Shown here piece after piece: positions 44,306-54,070 of a stretch of DNA of 64,000 nt. The DNA comes from a virus. Location: positions 1 through 64,000 of IMG/VR virus record IMGVR_UViG_3300021364_000012. One strand, given 5' to 3'. Under the pieces are notes generated by a model. The model was not told the DNA's origin. It searched no databases and saw only the letters and a program-made list of their open reading frames with translations. The position numbers were made by a program, and so were the translations under genes. Position 1 is the first letter of the stretch, and the number at the start of each line of letters is the position of its first letter.

Positions 44306-47300
44306 TTACTTCCTTTTTCCTAATATCCTATTTCTTAAAGAATACTTATTTTCTCTAGGAGCTGTCCTTTGAGAGGACACACCTCGACCACGCATTCTAG
44401 GATAAGAAGACGCAAAACCTTTTCCGCTAATAGAAGTATTATTAGGAGTTCCACTCGCAAAATATTTCTGTTTCCCAAAGTTCCTTGAAGCTACCCACAC
44501 CATTCTTATTAGTGCATCGGACATATCGTCATGCTTACCCTGCACTTGAGGAGCTTCGACTGTAATCACATGCTTACTGTGTACATGTGCTTGTAGCTCA
44601 AAAAGCTCAGAGATATAGGGTGCGTGTCCTTCAACTTCAGGGTTAGGGTTGTCGTATAACGCTAATTTCTCATCCCACATCAAAGACTTGAAGTTCTGAT
44701 ACATATCCGAAGTCTTATTCTTAGTCATGTGTTCCGACTTCATCTGACCCAAGCCTCTTTTTGAGAGAGCTTGTTCCAAAGGAATACCAGCCCATTGGTC
44801 AAATATACCCTCAGAAACATAAAACTTCTTAGTCAGTTGCAAAATCCAATCAGCAACATCGTCAAAATCGAGCCTGTCCTTATCAGCGTAATCACCTTCC
44901 CCTGCTTTAATCTGATCTACAAGATCAACCACCACCTTGTTTTCTTCTAAATGACCAATCGCTATAGCGGTTCCGTCGCCTACGAGACCTAAGTCGATAC
45001 CCATAAAATGTGGCTTTCTTGCAGGTGCTCTATTTCTTTGTCTGAGACTAGGGTCTACACACGCTAGGAGGTCTTCTTCTTTCTCTATCCAACCCCTCGT
45101 TCTATCCGTAAACTCTCCACCATACTCCGTAAAGAAAACAGCGGCGTTCTTTAAATAATGCTTCTCAAACTCTTCCGCAGGGACGGTGGGGTTCACCTCC
45201 CAAGTAGGGGCTTGAACACAAAGCATATTTGAAGAAGCCCCTCCACCTTGCATACCTATATTAAATAGCTTGTAGAAGAGTCCCTGTTTGCCCAATGGAG
45301 AAGAAATAAGAATAACCCGACCTTCCACGTCTCCAATGGGCTTTGTTGGGTTTGTAGGGTCTTTCGGAGAATATGCCGAAGTTGAAGGCACTACCGCATT
45401 ATAGACTTCTTCAGCTCCCGACTGTCCACTCTCAGTAAAGTGAGCTACCTCGTCAAGTATCACGCAAATATTACCTGCACCACGAAGACCTTTAGCGACA
45501 CAAGATCGGAAGGTTACTTTAAGAGTGGCTTTTGCATCTGCGTTCTCAATATACCTCCCGTATTTCTCCACATCGTTTGGTGTTTGAAAACGTGCATAAG
45601 ACAGTGTGTTATTTGCTGTGTAAGGACCAAAAAAAGCACAGTTCCGATAGTGACCTGAAACTTCTTGATAAAGAAGACCCGCTTGGTCTTTGTCTGTAGC
45701 GACAGAAATAATCTGAATATTATTGCTCGCAGGAAGACCATAGTATTTCTGAGGGTCGCCTTTTTTGATCAGCTTGTAAGTCTCATAAGCGGCGATGCAA
45801 GCAGAAATAGTAGTGTTATGGTTTGTAAAGCAATTCCCCACAAACATAGAGCCTTCAGGCACGTTCAAGTCATAAACATGACACTCTGAATCTTCGACAC
45901 TTTTAATAGTGTCGAAGAAATAGTGGGTATCTAAAATATGCTCAAGCTTATCTTTTATTGAGTTAGACAAACGCTCGGAGTCAAGCACCTTCTTTATACG
46001 AGGGAAAGAAAGAGAATCTGAGTTATTTAAAAGTCGAGTCGGTACACCTCTTTCTTTTAAGTACCCACCTAAACCACGAACATAGAAATCATGAGAGCTT
46101 CTCAAAGTGGACTCAAGTTCTTTGAGTACCTTTTTCTTTCTATCTGAAATAAATCCGATCTCCCTACAGAACACACGATAGGACTCTAAACCTTTTACCC
46201 GAACACGACCTCTAACCTGACCTTCCTCATTTTTTGAATGGGAAAATGAAGAAACGACACCTAAGTTCATAAGAATTATGTGGACTTGTCGTAAAAGCTC
46301 CAAAGAGGCAGAACACAAAGAAATCTCTTTTGATTGCTTTTCAGAGCAAACGTAGCCGTCCGTCTCAAAGAGTCCCCTTAAAAAAGCACAGATAACAGGT
46401 TTGGGGCTTCTAAGAATTACTTCTGGAACACACTTCTGTTGTAGCGGTGTTTTAATTCCCCAACCAATCTGATGTAAGAAATCCCTGTGCTTCTTACTGT
46501 GACACACGACACGATACGCATTTGCTTCCAATACAGGATAACAAGAAACCTTGCCAAAGAGGTGTACCATCTTAAGCACTAATATATCTTTAAAGTCTTT
46601 CTCCCCAACAGTAACCACAACATCTTTTTCTGAAGCCCATGTCCCATCTCCCACTAGGACACCAAGCATCTCCCCCCAATCTTCATTCAAATATTCTGGA
46701 AGGTTCTTCACACCTTCAACGATATGCTCTGAGAAAGAAACATAATCTTCTGCAAATATGCCCCTCTTGTAATTAAGACAAGCAACATCCCCCTCAACCA
46801 CATCCTCTAAATACTTCCAAGAAATATTAAAGTCAGAGTCTAGCACCTTTATACGATGATTTGGAGTTCCTTCTATTTCAAAACCCGAACGTGTTGTTAT
46901 TCTTTTAGTTTCCTTGATGCCTCCATTATAGAAAAAGGCCGCCCTAGACTTTCTCCCACCCTCTTGTAAGACTTCCGTAGAAATAGGTTGATACTCAGGA
47001 GCACCCAAAGACGCATCACCTAGTGTGTCTATTCTTACTAGACCCCTACTCGTAGGTATAAGAGTGTCTCCCCGAACACACTTTCCCGAGCGTCTCCCTA
47101 TTGAGAGAATCATCTCTCTTCTTTGCTGTCCCGGAATCACTTCTCCGATGTTACAGCGTCCTTCATCAAACAGTTTCTTCAAATAAGTCTTTTCAGTGTG
47201 TTCTTCCCAATCTTCCCTCCTCCAATCACTTATTTTGAAGGTGTAAGTGTCGTCTAGCTCTAAGCCGTAGTGAGCTTTAAGAATGATTTTCTGTATTGGA

Positions 47301-47419
47301 AATAAAGTCATCTTCAAGCCCCAAGGGGCTTCTACAAACTCTATAATGTCTGCATCTCTCTCAGACTGCTTGCCCATTCGAGCCGAAGCACCAATGGCTA
47401 AAGAAGAAAGACTCATCAC
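44306..47419 (-). CDS. terL: Terminase large subunit, intein-containing
   Basis: Walker A GRRSGK|T split by the intein, Walker B VILDEVAH, ISSP, nuclease GIDLG...HDDMSDA. Confidence 0.93.
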   Translation of the reverse strand: MMSLSSLAIGASARMGKQSERDADIIEFVEAPWGLKMTLFPIQKIILKAHYGLELDDTYTFKISDWRREDWEEHTEKTYLKKLFDEGRCNIGEVIPGQQRREMILSIGRRSGKCVRGDTLIPTSRGLVRIDTLGDASLGAPEYQPISTEVLQEGGRKSRAAFFYNGGIKETKRITTRSGFEIEGTPNHRIKVLDSDFNISWKYLEDVVEGDVACLNYKRGIFAEDYVSFSEHIVEGVKNLPEYLNEDWGEMLGVLVGDGTWASEKDVVVTVGEKDFKDILVLKMVHLFGKVSCYPVLEANAYRVVCHSKKHRDFLHQIGWGIKTPLQQKCVPEVILRSPKPVICAFLRGLFETDGYVCSEKQSKEISLCSASLELLRQVHIILMNLGVVSSFSHSKNEEGQVRGRVRVKGLESYRVFCREIGFISDRKKKVLKELESTLRSSHDFYVRGLGGYLKERGVPTRLLNNSDSLSFPRIKKVLDSERLSNSIKDKLEHILDTHYFFDTIKSVEDSECHVYDLNVPEGSMFVGNCFTNHNTTISACIAAYETYKLIKKGDPQKYYGLPASNNIQIISVATDKDQAGLLYQEVSGHYRNCAFFGPYTANNTLSYARFQTPNDVEKYGRYIENADAKATLKVTFRSCVAKGLRGAGNICVILDEVAHFTESGQSGAEEVYNAVVPSTSAYSPKDPTNPTKPIGDVEGRVILISSPLGKQGLFYKLFNIGMQGGGASSNMLCVQAPTWEVNPTVPAEEFEKHYLKNAAVFFTEYGGEFTDRTRGWIEKEEDLLACVDPSLRQRNRAPARKPHFMGIDLGLVGDGTAIAIGHLEENKVVVDLVDQIKAGEGDYADKDRLDFDDVADWILQLTKKFYVSEGIFDQWAGIPLEQALSKRGLGQMKSEHMTKNKTSDMYQNFKSLMWDEKLALYDNPNPEVEGHAPYISELFELQAHVHSKHVITVEAPQVQGKHDDMSDALIRMVWVASRNFGKQKYFASGTPNNTSISGKGFASSYPRMRGRGVSSQRTAPRENKYSLRNRILGKRK
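45815..47080 (-). mobile_element. Intein (422 aa) with LAGLIDADG homing endonuclease
   Basis: Starts CVRGDT, ends VYDLNV...NHN followed by Thr; 'LGVLVGDG' and 'FLRGLFETDG' motifs. Confidence 0.93.
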
Positions 47420-48093
47420 TCACCCTTCTCTAACTTGGCTTTCGCTTCTTTCATCCAATCAATGTCATCTACAAGCTTGCCAAATACTGCAAAGACACTC
47501 TCACTCATTTCGGGTCGAATACCTGCTTCATCGCAGGCTTTCCTAAATGTCTCGGCTATAAAGATAAAGATAATCTTAAAGGCAGGAGACTCTAAGTCTA
47601 TAGAGGAGTTTGAAATAAGCTCTTTCTTCTTTAGCCAAGTGTCGCCAACAGCTTTCAAAGCATTCACACGTCTCAAAGAAATCTGAGACGTGGACTCTCC
47701 TCTTCTCTCTGCCTCTGCTCTTTCAAAAGCTAGAGACGCAGACTCCTCTGCCAAACCGACCAAAACAGAAGTAAGAACCTCTGAGGAGTCGGGGTTTAAG
47801 CTAGTCGTACTTAAAACAGGGTCTCTGCTTAGTGCGTCTTGTTTCTTGCTTTGTATTTTCTGAATTGTAGCTTGAGGCGAGCCTGCTACAGGGAGATTAT
47901 TCGGATTAGTAACGCTTGGCTTCCCTGGAGAACCAAACATAACGAACAACTCCCCTGTAGAAGGGTTAAACTGTAGTGTGTCTGAAGGCTTCAAATCCGT
48001 GGGTTTTCTCCAAACCGTCTTACCGATTTCATCTCGAACTTGGACTCTTGTGACACCTTCTGGTATTAAAGCTAAATCTTCAGACTTGATCAT
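47416..48093 (-). CDS. Putative terminase small subunit
   Basis: Helical 225 aa ORF overlapping the terL start (GTGA/ATGA coupling). Confidence 0.5.
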   Translation of the reverse strand: MIKSEDLALIPEGVTRVQVRDEIGKTVWRKPTDLKPSDTLQFNPSTGELFVMFGSPGKPSVTNPNNLPVAGSPQATIQKIQSKKQDALSRDPVLSTTSLNPDSSEVLTSVLVGLAEESASLAFERAEAERRGESTSQISLRRVNALKAVGDTWLKKKELISNSSIDLESPAFKIIFIFIAETFRKACDEAGIRPEMSESVFAVFGKLVDDIDWMKEAKAKLEKGE

Positions 48094-48107
48094 GTGTGTG
48101 ACTCCAT

Positions 48108-48764
48108 TTAAAATTCTTTAATCGGGTCAACGTCCTCATTTCTTTTTACAACTACACCTACCCCACGATCATCCTCGTCAGGGTCGTAAACTACGTTGCC
48201 GTCTGAATCTTTGACTACAAAAGGAGGAACCCCGTTTAAAAGTTTATAAGAATAACTTACTATAGTTAATACCAAGTCGTCGTCTATAGATTCCGTTTTT
48301 ATATTAACTAAAGTGTTATCTACATCATCTACGCTTGCAGAAACGCCAATTCGCTTCTCGTTCAGTGCTCTTGCAAGCTCAGAAGCAACGTCGGCAACCA
48401 CACCCACACCACCACCTGCTAATTGACCAAAGTTATCCCCTGCCTTTAATGAAGGCAACTGATCGAGAGTTGGAATTCGAGAAGCATACGCCTGTATTTC
48501 ATCCTTATCATAGAAAGGCGGAGCACCCCCGAGTCTATCATTAAAGAAATCAACAGAATTGACTTGGATAGCTAACTTTACTTTCTTTTCAGAAAATAAA
48601 CCGATCTGAGAAAAGCCTGTAGTGTTTGAGATATTCTGACACTCGAAGCCTCTCCTTATTGGAGAAGGATTACCAGAGACGCCTTTACTTGGGTCGGAAG
48701 CTCTCCTGTGGTGTGCTACAAGGAGTTGGTATTTCTGAGAAGTATTAACTTTATTATACTGCAT
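48108..48764 (-). CDS. Hypothetical (probably structural) protein
   Basis: 218 aa ORF, SD AGGAG. Confidence 0.6.
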   Translation of the reverse strand: MQYNKVNTSQKYQLLVAHHRRASDPSKGVSGNPSPIRRGFECQNISNTTGFSQIGLFSEKKVKLAIQVNSVDFFNDRLGGAPPFYDKDEIQAYASRIPTLDQLPSLKAGDNFGQLAGGGVGVVADVASELARALNEKRIGVSASVDDVDNTLVNIKTESIDDDLVLTIVSYSYKLLNGVPPFVVKDSDGNVVYDPDEDDRGVGVVVKRNEDVDPIKEF

Positions 48765-48775
48765 AAGTATTTCTC

Positions 48776-51127
48776 CTATAGCTCAATACCGCCAAACAAC
48801 ACCTCGCCTATTTTTTCAGGACTCGGAGACTCCTCAGAAATAGTGAAGTTGTCATTGGCAGTTAGATTGAATTCCGACTGATCGTAATCATTCACAAAAA
48901 GAGAAGCTGTCCTCTCAGCGTCAGAAGAGTTAGCTAACCTAATCATCTCTTTCTGATAGCTGTCTTTATCTTCTACGATTTCCTGTGATTGATCCACTGC
49001 GTATTTATTATATTTCTGACACTTACCGCCAACATTAAACACACAGCCTCCGCACTTAGCGTTCTTAAGAATTGCAGGAATCTGATTAGCTCGATGAATT
49101 AAAGCCCCCTTGTCACAACCCTCAGTGCCTGTCGTCATGTAGGCTTGAGAGTCTACATAAGCGTGTCCAGAAATACCTTCATGCTCTAACCTCAAAGATG
49201 CAACTCTCTCCTTGTGAAGGTCTAGGATATTCTGAGAGAACCTTGAAGCTAAGAGCACATCAAGCTCTTGACCTGCACTACCTTCTGACATCTTCTGTCT
49301 AAGCCAAGTAGCTACTTTATCCGACTGTACCTCATGTGCAGTCTTCATAGGAGCTGAAGCACTCTTAGAAATATGTGCCTCATATTTATGCCCACTAAAC
49401 TCGACTTTTTTTGCAGAAACACCTTCTTTAGCAAGCCTAGAGAGCGAAACATATTTATCATCACCCTCAAGAGACATCGCACGATTAGCGTCTGACTCTG
49501 AGATAAATCCATTAGAAACAAAGTGATCTATTCGGCTCGCAATCTTCTTCCCCTCTACCACATCTAAAGAAGACACTTCCCCGACAACCTTATTTCTTAC
49601 ATCTGTGAGGACGTGTGCTTTTACAGAGCCTTCATAACTCTGAGTCTCTTTAGGTCGTGCTAAATACTCAAAGACCGATGCCACTTTTTCTTCTGGCGTG
49701 TTCTTGCCTGAAGTAACCTTCTCTACTTCATCATAAGAAATAAGCCCACTAGAAATAAGTTTAGCCACTTTAGCCATTGCCATCTTATTTCTTTTACCCA
49801 ACTCCACCTTTTCAGAAGGCGTGAGAGATGCAGATACGCTACTTCTCTTTGGAACTAAGTAATGAGCTTCTTTGCCCTGACCTTCATATACTGAAGACTT
49901 GTTTGGAGTAGACGCTAGATCATAGAGACGGTCTATCTTCTGCTGTGCAGTCTTGTCCGAAGAAATAACAGCACCAACTTGCTCCGAGTCTAAAAAACCT
50001 TCCGAAACAAGTTGTGAAGCAATCCTATCTAAACGAACCTGTTTAGGGTCTGTTTTTTCCTCAATAAAGAAATCACTATACTCAGAAGCTTGAAGCTCTC
50101 TCTGTGCTTCTTCTGAAGAAATAGACTCAAAATCAAAAGATTGTGTAGGAAACCATGTGTTAGCAACATGAGTATTACCCTCTAAAGACTTAGAGTCTAA
50201 AAACGCTTGTTGAAGCATAGACTTATAACTAGAGCCTGAAACTTTAGTGACTCCAAGAGATTGAAGTCTAGGCATCAAAGTAGAGTAAGCCTTCTTCCAA
50301 GGAATTACATCTACAACCTCTTTCCCTAAGAATCTATCAAACGCACACCCCTGTTTTGAAGGGACAATGTAGAGAGAAGAAGCACATCTTTTATTTATAA
50401 CTTCATCCCATTTGCCGTTAAACAGACCTGGGAAGTACGCTTCTTTTAAGTACACCGTACCATGAAGACCATACTCGGAAGCCAACAACTCTGAAGCACT
50501 CTTTCTTTGTTGCTCAGAAGGAATTATTTCTTCTAAGTCTTTCAAGAGGTCTTCTAGGCTTTCACCGTAAGCCATCTTACGCATCGACTGCTCCACTTTT
50601 TCTCGATAGTCATCGGCAGGAAGCTCAGATACTTCTTCATATGTATTAGTGTATTTCTCGTGGACTCTGTTTTTATTGGGAACCCTCTTCAAGCCGTCTG
50701 TAGACTCTCCTAAGCCCCAAGATTCTTCAAGAGCTTTCATCTGATTAACTTGAGGGTGCTCAAACCTACCTTCAGCAAACTGCTCAAGAACTTCTTCATG
50801 CGTTCTTGAGCCTCCTTCATCTTCTTTAGGCAGAGTCGCCAGCCAAGTGTGATCTACAAGAGGAACAAGCTGACCTGCATCTTTTGTAAAATCCGAAAGG
50901 TCTAAATCTATTTCTCTCTCGACACCTGTAGGTAAATCTGAGTTTAGTTCACCTTCAGGTGGAACCATCCCAAAAGGAAGAGAAGAAATACCCTTAGCTT
51001 CAGGAAGACGTGCCTTATCTTCGACACCATTCCCATACTCAGTGTCGAAATGAAACCCGTCTAGCATATAGTTAGAGCCGTTCGTGAGTGAAAACCCACC
51101 ATTTGGAAGTTTGCTGTTCTTACTCAT
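48776..51127 (-). CDS. Large protein with three internal helical repeats and a C-terminal Cys cluster (probable head protein)
   Basis: Repeats 'LVSEGFL', 'LISSGLI', 'FVSNGFI' each followed by Y/F.G..AH; 'CGGCVFN..GKC'. Confidence 0.6.
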   Translation of the reverse strand: MSKNSKLPNGGFSLTNGSNYMLDGFHFDTEYGNGVEDKARLPEAKGISSLPFGMVPPEGELNSDLPTGVEREIDLDLSDFTKDAGQLVPLVDHTWLATLPKEDEGGSRTHEEVLEQFAEGRFEHPQVNQMKALEESWGLGESTDGLKRVPNKNRVHEKYTNTYEEVSELPADDYREKVEQSMRKMAYGESLEDLLKDLEEIIPSEQQRKSASELLASEYGLHGTVYLKEAYFPGLFNGKWDEVINKRCASSLYIVPSKQGCAFDRFLGKEVVDVIPWKKAYSTLMPRLQSLGVTKVSGSSYKSMLQQAFLDSKSLEGNTHVANTWFPTQSFDFESISSEEAQRELQASEYSDFFIEEKTDPKQVRLDRIASQLVSEGFLDSEQVGAVISSDKTAQQKIDRLYDLASTPNKSSVYEGQGKEAHYLVPKRSSVSASLTPSEKVELGKRNKMAMAKVAKLISSGLISYDEVEKVTSGKNTPEEKVASVFEYLARPKETQSYEGSVKAHVLTDVRNKVVGEVSSLDVVEGKKIASRIDHFVSNGFISESDANRAMSLEGDDKYVSLSRLAKEGVSAKKVEFSGHKYEAHISKSASAPMKTAHEVQSDKVATWLRQKMSEGSAGQELDVLLASRFSQNILDLHKERVASLRLEHEGISGHAYVDSQAYMTTGTEGCDKGALIHRANQIPAILKNAKCGGCVFNVGGKCQKYNKYAVDQSQEIVEDKDSYQKEMIRLANSSDAERTASLFVNDYDQSEFNLTANDNFTISEESPSPEKIGEVLFGGIEL

Positions 51128-51723
51128 CTTTTGCTCCTCATATATCTATCTGCTAAGATTGTACATCTAGCTTTCTTACGGACACTTGCAGTTCTGACGT
51201 TAGAAGCTTCGTTCACTTTTTTAGCTTCTTCTTCCATCTGCTTCTGTGCGTGTTTTTCAGGGTCATCTTTCAACTCGTTAATGGACTCCACCTCTTCGGG
51301 ACTTCTAGTAGCCAAAGCCCAATGAGGTGCTTGTACTTCATCATTAAGAGTATCAGAAATAGCAGAGAGAGCCTCAACACAGTTCATAAACTGTTTACGG
51401 ATATGTTTGACTTCTTGAATGTAGCCCTTCCCCCCTAAGCTACCATCGGGAGAAATATCTCTACTCTTAAGTTTTGCAAAAATATCATACGCATGGAGCG
51501 TATGACCTAAAGCAAAAAGAGTACTCTTCAAAACAGTAACAAGCTTCTCGTTACAATCTGGATTGAACTTGAAGTTAGGGTTTATTTCTCTTGAGCTAGG
51601 TGGAAAACCACCCCACGCCCAATTCCCTGCGTTCATTGGAGAGTTAGAGTCATCCTTGATGAAGCGAACTTCACCCGCTGTTTTTATGTATTTCTTATTT
51701 ATTTTGCTATCGAAGTCCGACAT
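51124..51723 (-). CDS. Hypothetical protein with KTA|G and RTA|S junctions
   Basis: 199 aa ORF, coupled to neighbours. Confidence 0.6.
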   Translation of the reverse strand: MSDFDSKINKKYIKTAGEVRFIKDDSNSPMNAGNWAWGGFPPSSREINPNFKFNPDCNEKLVTVLKSTLFALGHTLHAYDIFAKLKSRDISPDGSLGGKGYIQEVKHIRKQFMNCVEALSAISDTLNDEVQAPHWALATRSPEEVESINELKDDPEKHAQKQMEEEAKKVNEASNVRTASVRKKARCTILADRYMRSKR

Positions 51724-51724
51724 C

Positions 51725-52693
51725 TTAACCTCTTCTTCTCTTCTTCAGCTTAGGGTTCTTCTTTGGTGTCGGAGAAGGAGTTTGAGTAGGTGCTTTCTTG
51801 GCATCCTCTCTCTTAAGCTCATTCTTCTGTGTGTCTCTTTCTTTCTGAACATTGAGCTTAGAAGGATTATTCTCCCCCTTAACCTTACCAGCCCAATCAG
51901 GGACATCACTACGACTATCAGAGCCTTTATCTGAAGAAACTTCTTTCTTCTCATCCTTGTCATAAACAAGAAAACCCTTAGCTCTATAGTCCCTCATATA
52001 CTGAGCCATATTTTTAGAAGCTCCAGAGCCGTAGTCGTTGATCTTACGGTTACAAGAGCCGGTTGGAGAAGGCTCGCCCTTCTTCCTAGCCCTCTCCATC
52101 TCTATTTTTTCTTCTTTTGTCAGCTCAGAGCGGTCTTTAAATACTTCACTACACCCTCTTTGCTGTGCTTTAGAAGAAGGTGACTTAAATCCACTATCTA
52201 ATGCTGTTTTGAAAAAAAAAAGTTTTAAGATCGGCTCTCTTAACTCAGGTAGCTCATGTGCAAGTCTCACTAAATCTGAGCTTGCGTTCCTAGTGGCACT
52301 TTGACCCCAAGGTTTTGGTACAGTAGACCGATCCTTGCCATTAGCAGGACCCTTCTCTGCATCGTAGTTACCTTTATTCTTTTGCTTGTCTCGATATTCT
52401 TTCATGTAATCGGCTCTTTCAGTAGAACCATTTTCTCCACTATTTGCCGAACCATACTCGTTGTGTGTCTGATAACAAGTACCGTAACCGGGACGTGGTT
52501 TACCTCTTACATGTGGGTTACTACAATCCCCTCTAGGATTCTTAAGGGGTCTTGAGCCTGAAAGTCTCTCAAAAGATTCCAATTCTTCTGCTTCCTCTCC
52601 TAGCATTGGAGGGAGGATTTCAGCCAGTATCTCTTCTCTTAGCTCTGGACTATTATATGCAAGCCTAATCAAATCTGAAAGCCGTGATGACAT
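51725..52693 (-). CDS. Basic protein made of two repeat units, each headed by L[IV]RLA-x3-PELR
   Basis: Internal duplication (C...YGS...YM.[ED]YR.K...RS.VP). Confidence 0.65.
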   Translation of the reverse strand: MSSRLSDLIRLAYNSPELREEILAEILPPMLGEEAEELESFERLSGSRPLKNPRGDCSNPHVRGKPRPGYGTCYQTHNEYGSANSGENGSTERADYMKEYRDKQKNKGNYDAEKGPANGKDRSTVPKPWGQSATRNASSDLVRLAHELPELREPILKLFFFKTALDSGFKSPSSKAQQRGCSEVFKDRSELTKEEKIEMERARKKGEPSPTGSCNRKINDYGSGASKNMAQYMRDYRAKGFLVYDKDEKKEVSSDKGSDSRSDVPDWAGKVKGENNPSKLNVQKERDTQKNELKREDAKKAPTQTPSPTPKKNPKLKKRRRG

Positions 52694-52734
52694 CTCAAAC
52701 TCCTTATTTTTTCCGATTCTTCAATAAAGAGAAC

Positions 52735-52746
52735 ATAAACAAACTA
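52735..52746 (-). promoter_or_regulatory. Candidate late promoter TAGTTTGTTTAT heading the packaging/head operon
   Basis: Exact motif match about 42 nt upstream of the ATG; hairpin at 52700-52731 covers the SD. Confidence 0.6.
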
Positions 52747-52758
52747 AAAATGAGCACA

Positions 52759-53214
52759 CTATAAAAGCATTATCGAAACCAAAACCCCATTTGACTCCAA
52801 GTAAGAAATACCATCCGTGTGGCTGTTAGGCACACTAGAAATAATAACTCTTGTAATACCAGCATGGTGGATTGCCTTCGCACACATCAAACAAGGACTA
52901 CAAGAAACAATCATCCACTTACCTAAAGTAGCTTGCCCTCTCCTTGAGCTGTTAAGAATTGCGTTCATTTCTGCATGGTGGCAACCCACATCATTCTGAG
53001 TGCCACTCACTACCGAAATGCTATTTCTAAGACACACTTCTCCCCCACAAAGAGAGTCTTTAGAACCTCTAGGTGTCCCATTATATCCATCACTTAAAAC
53101 CACACCATCCCGTGGGTCGATGATGATTGCACCTACAGACCTCCGAGGACAAGGTGAGGCTTCTGAAAGCAAAGCACACTGCTTTATTCTTATTTTTAGT
53201 AGTTTGTCTTTCAC
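52759..53214 (-). CDS. dCMP deaminase (ComEB-like)
   Basis: S.C.RR.VGA, GYNGTP, HAEMNAI, SPCLMCAK; probable GTG start at 53214. Confidence 0.9.
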   Translation of the reverse strand: MKDKLLKIRIKQCALLSEASPCPRRSVGAIIIDPRDGVVLSDGYNGTPRGSKDSLCGGEVCLRNSISVVSGTQNDVGCHHAEMNAILNSSRRGQATLGKWMIVSCSPCLMCAKAIHHAGITRVIISSVPNSHTDGISYLESNGVLVSIMLL

Positions 53215-53299
53215 GTCTCCCCAAACTTTCTGGTCAATTAAAGACCGAAAAAGTATATAATACAGACAAGCAACCGACAAAAATATAAAGGAGACTAAA

Positions 53300-54007
53300 A
53301 TGGAAGATATTCGGTTTAGTTTTTTTCACTTTACAAAAAAACCGTTAAGCCACGACTCTCAAAGTGAGACGTTTCTGAACTGCTCCAAAATTCAAAGAGA
53401 AGTCTCAAACAAAATGATGATGGGTTTTGACGAAAACTTCAAAGACAGAAACATCGGAGTTTCTGTACTCAAAGAGTCCAATTTGCGATCACTCTTTAAC
53501 CTCAGATTTTTCTCAAGATCGGAAGAGATACCTCACGTCAAATATGAGGGTTGCCACTTAAGTCTTTCAAAAAAAGACGATGGCTTTTTTGAGGTCTATT
53601 TCTGCCCTACAGAAACAGGATACGTCTCATTGACCCACAACAACAAAAAAGCGAAAGTAACTTGGGAGAAGATACAAAAAACAGAAGCACCTGTTTTTTC
53701 TCTCAGAGAGACAGAAAGTTGCTTCAAGGTTACAGATTTTTCAGGAAGAAGCATTTTGCTTTGGGTCTATGAAGATATGGCAGTAGTTGAAGAAATCTTA
53801 AAGAGAGATGAGAAAGACACACATCTAATCAAGAAGCAAGCAATCTCAGAGATCATGGATTTCAACGAGGGTGGTGGGGGAGACTACGAAAGATACAAAG
53901 AGAACATAAAGACGCTCTCTAACATCAAGAATATTTCTGAAGAGGAAGTCGAAAGGCTAATTTGGGGCTTCACCTCCTCTTTCACAAAAGGCGTCGTATA
54001 CCACTAG
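53300..54007 (+). CDS. Hypothetical protein
   Basis: 235 aa ORF, SD AAGGAG. Confidence 0.6.
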   Translation: MEDIRFSFFHFTKKPLSHDSQSETFLNCSKIQREVSNKMMMGFDENFKDRNIGVSVLKESNLRSLFNLRFFSRSEEIPHVKYEGCHLSLSKKDDGFFEVYFCPTETGYVSLTHNNKKAKVTWEKIQKTEAPVFSLRETESCFKVTDFSGRSILLWVYEDMAVVEEILKRDEKDTHLIKKQAISEIMDFNEGGGGDYERYKENIKTLSNIKNISEEEVERLIWGFTSSFTKGVVYH

Positions 54008-54070
54008 ACAGTTGAGATTAGTTTCTTAATAGGAGAATCCTTTCTTGTAAACAAAAGAAAGGATTCTCCT

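Noticed and set aside
53285-53297. Promoter-motif-like ATAAAGGAGACTA
   Set aside because: Spacing is off by one and it is fully explained as the SD of the plus-strand gene at 53300
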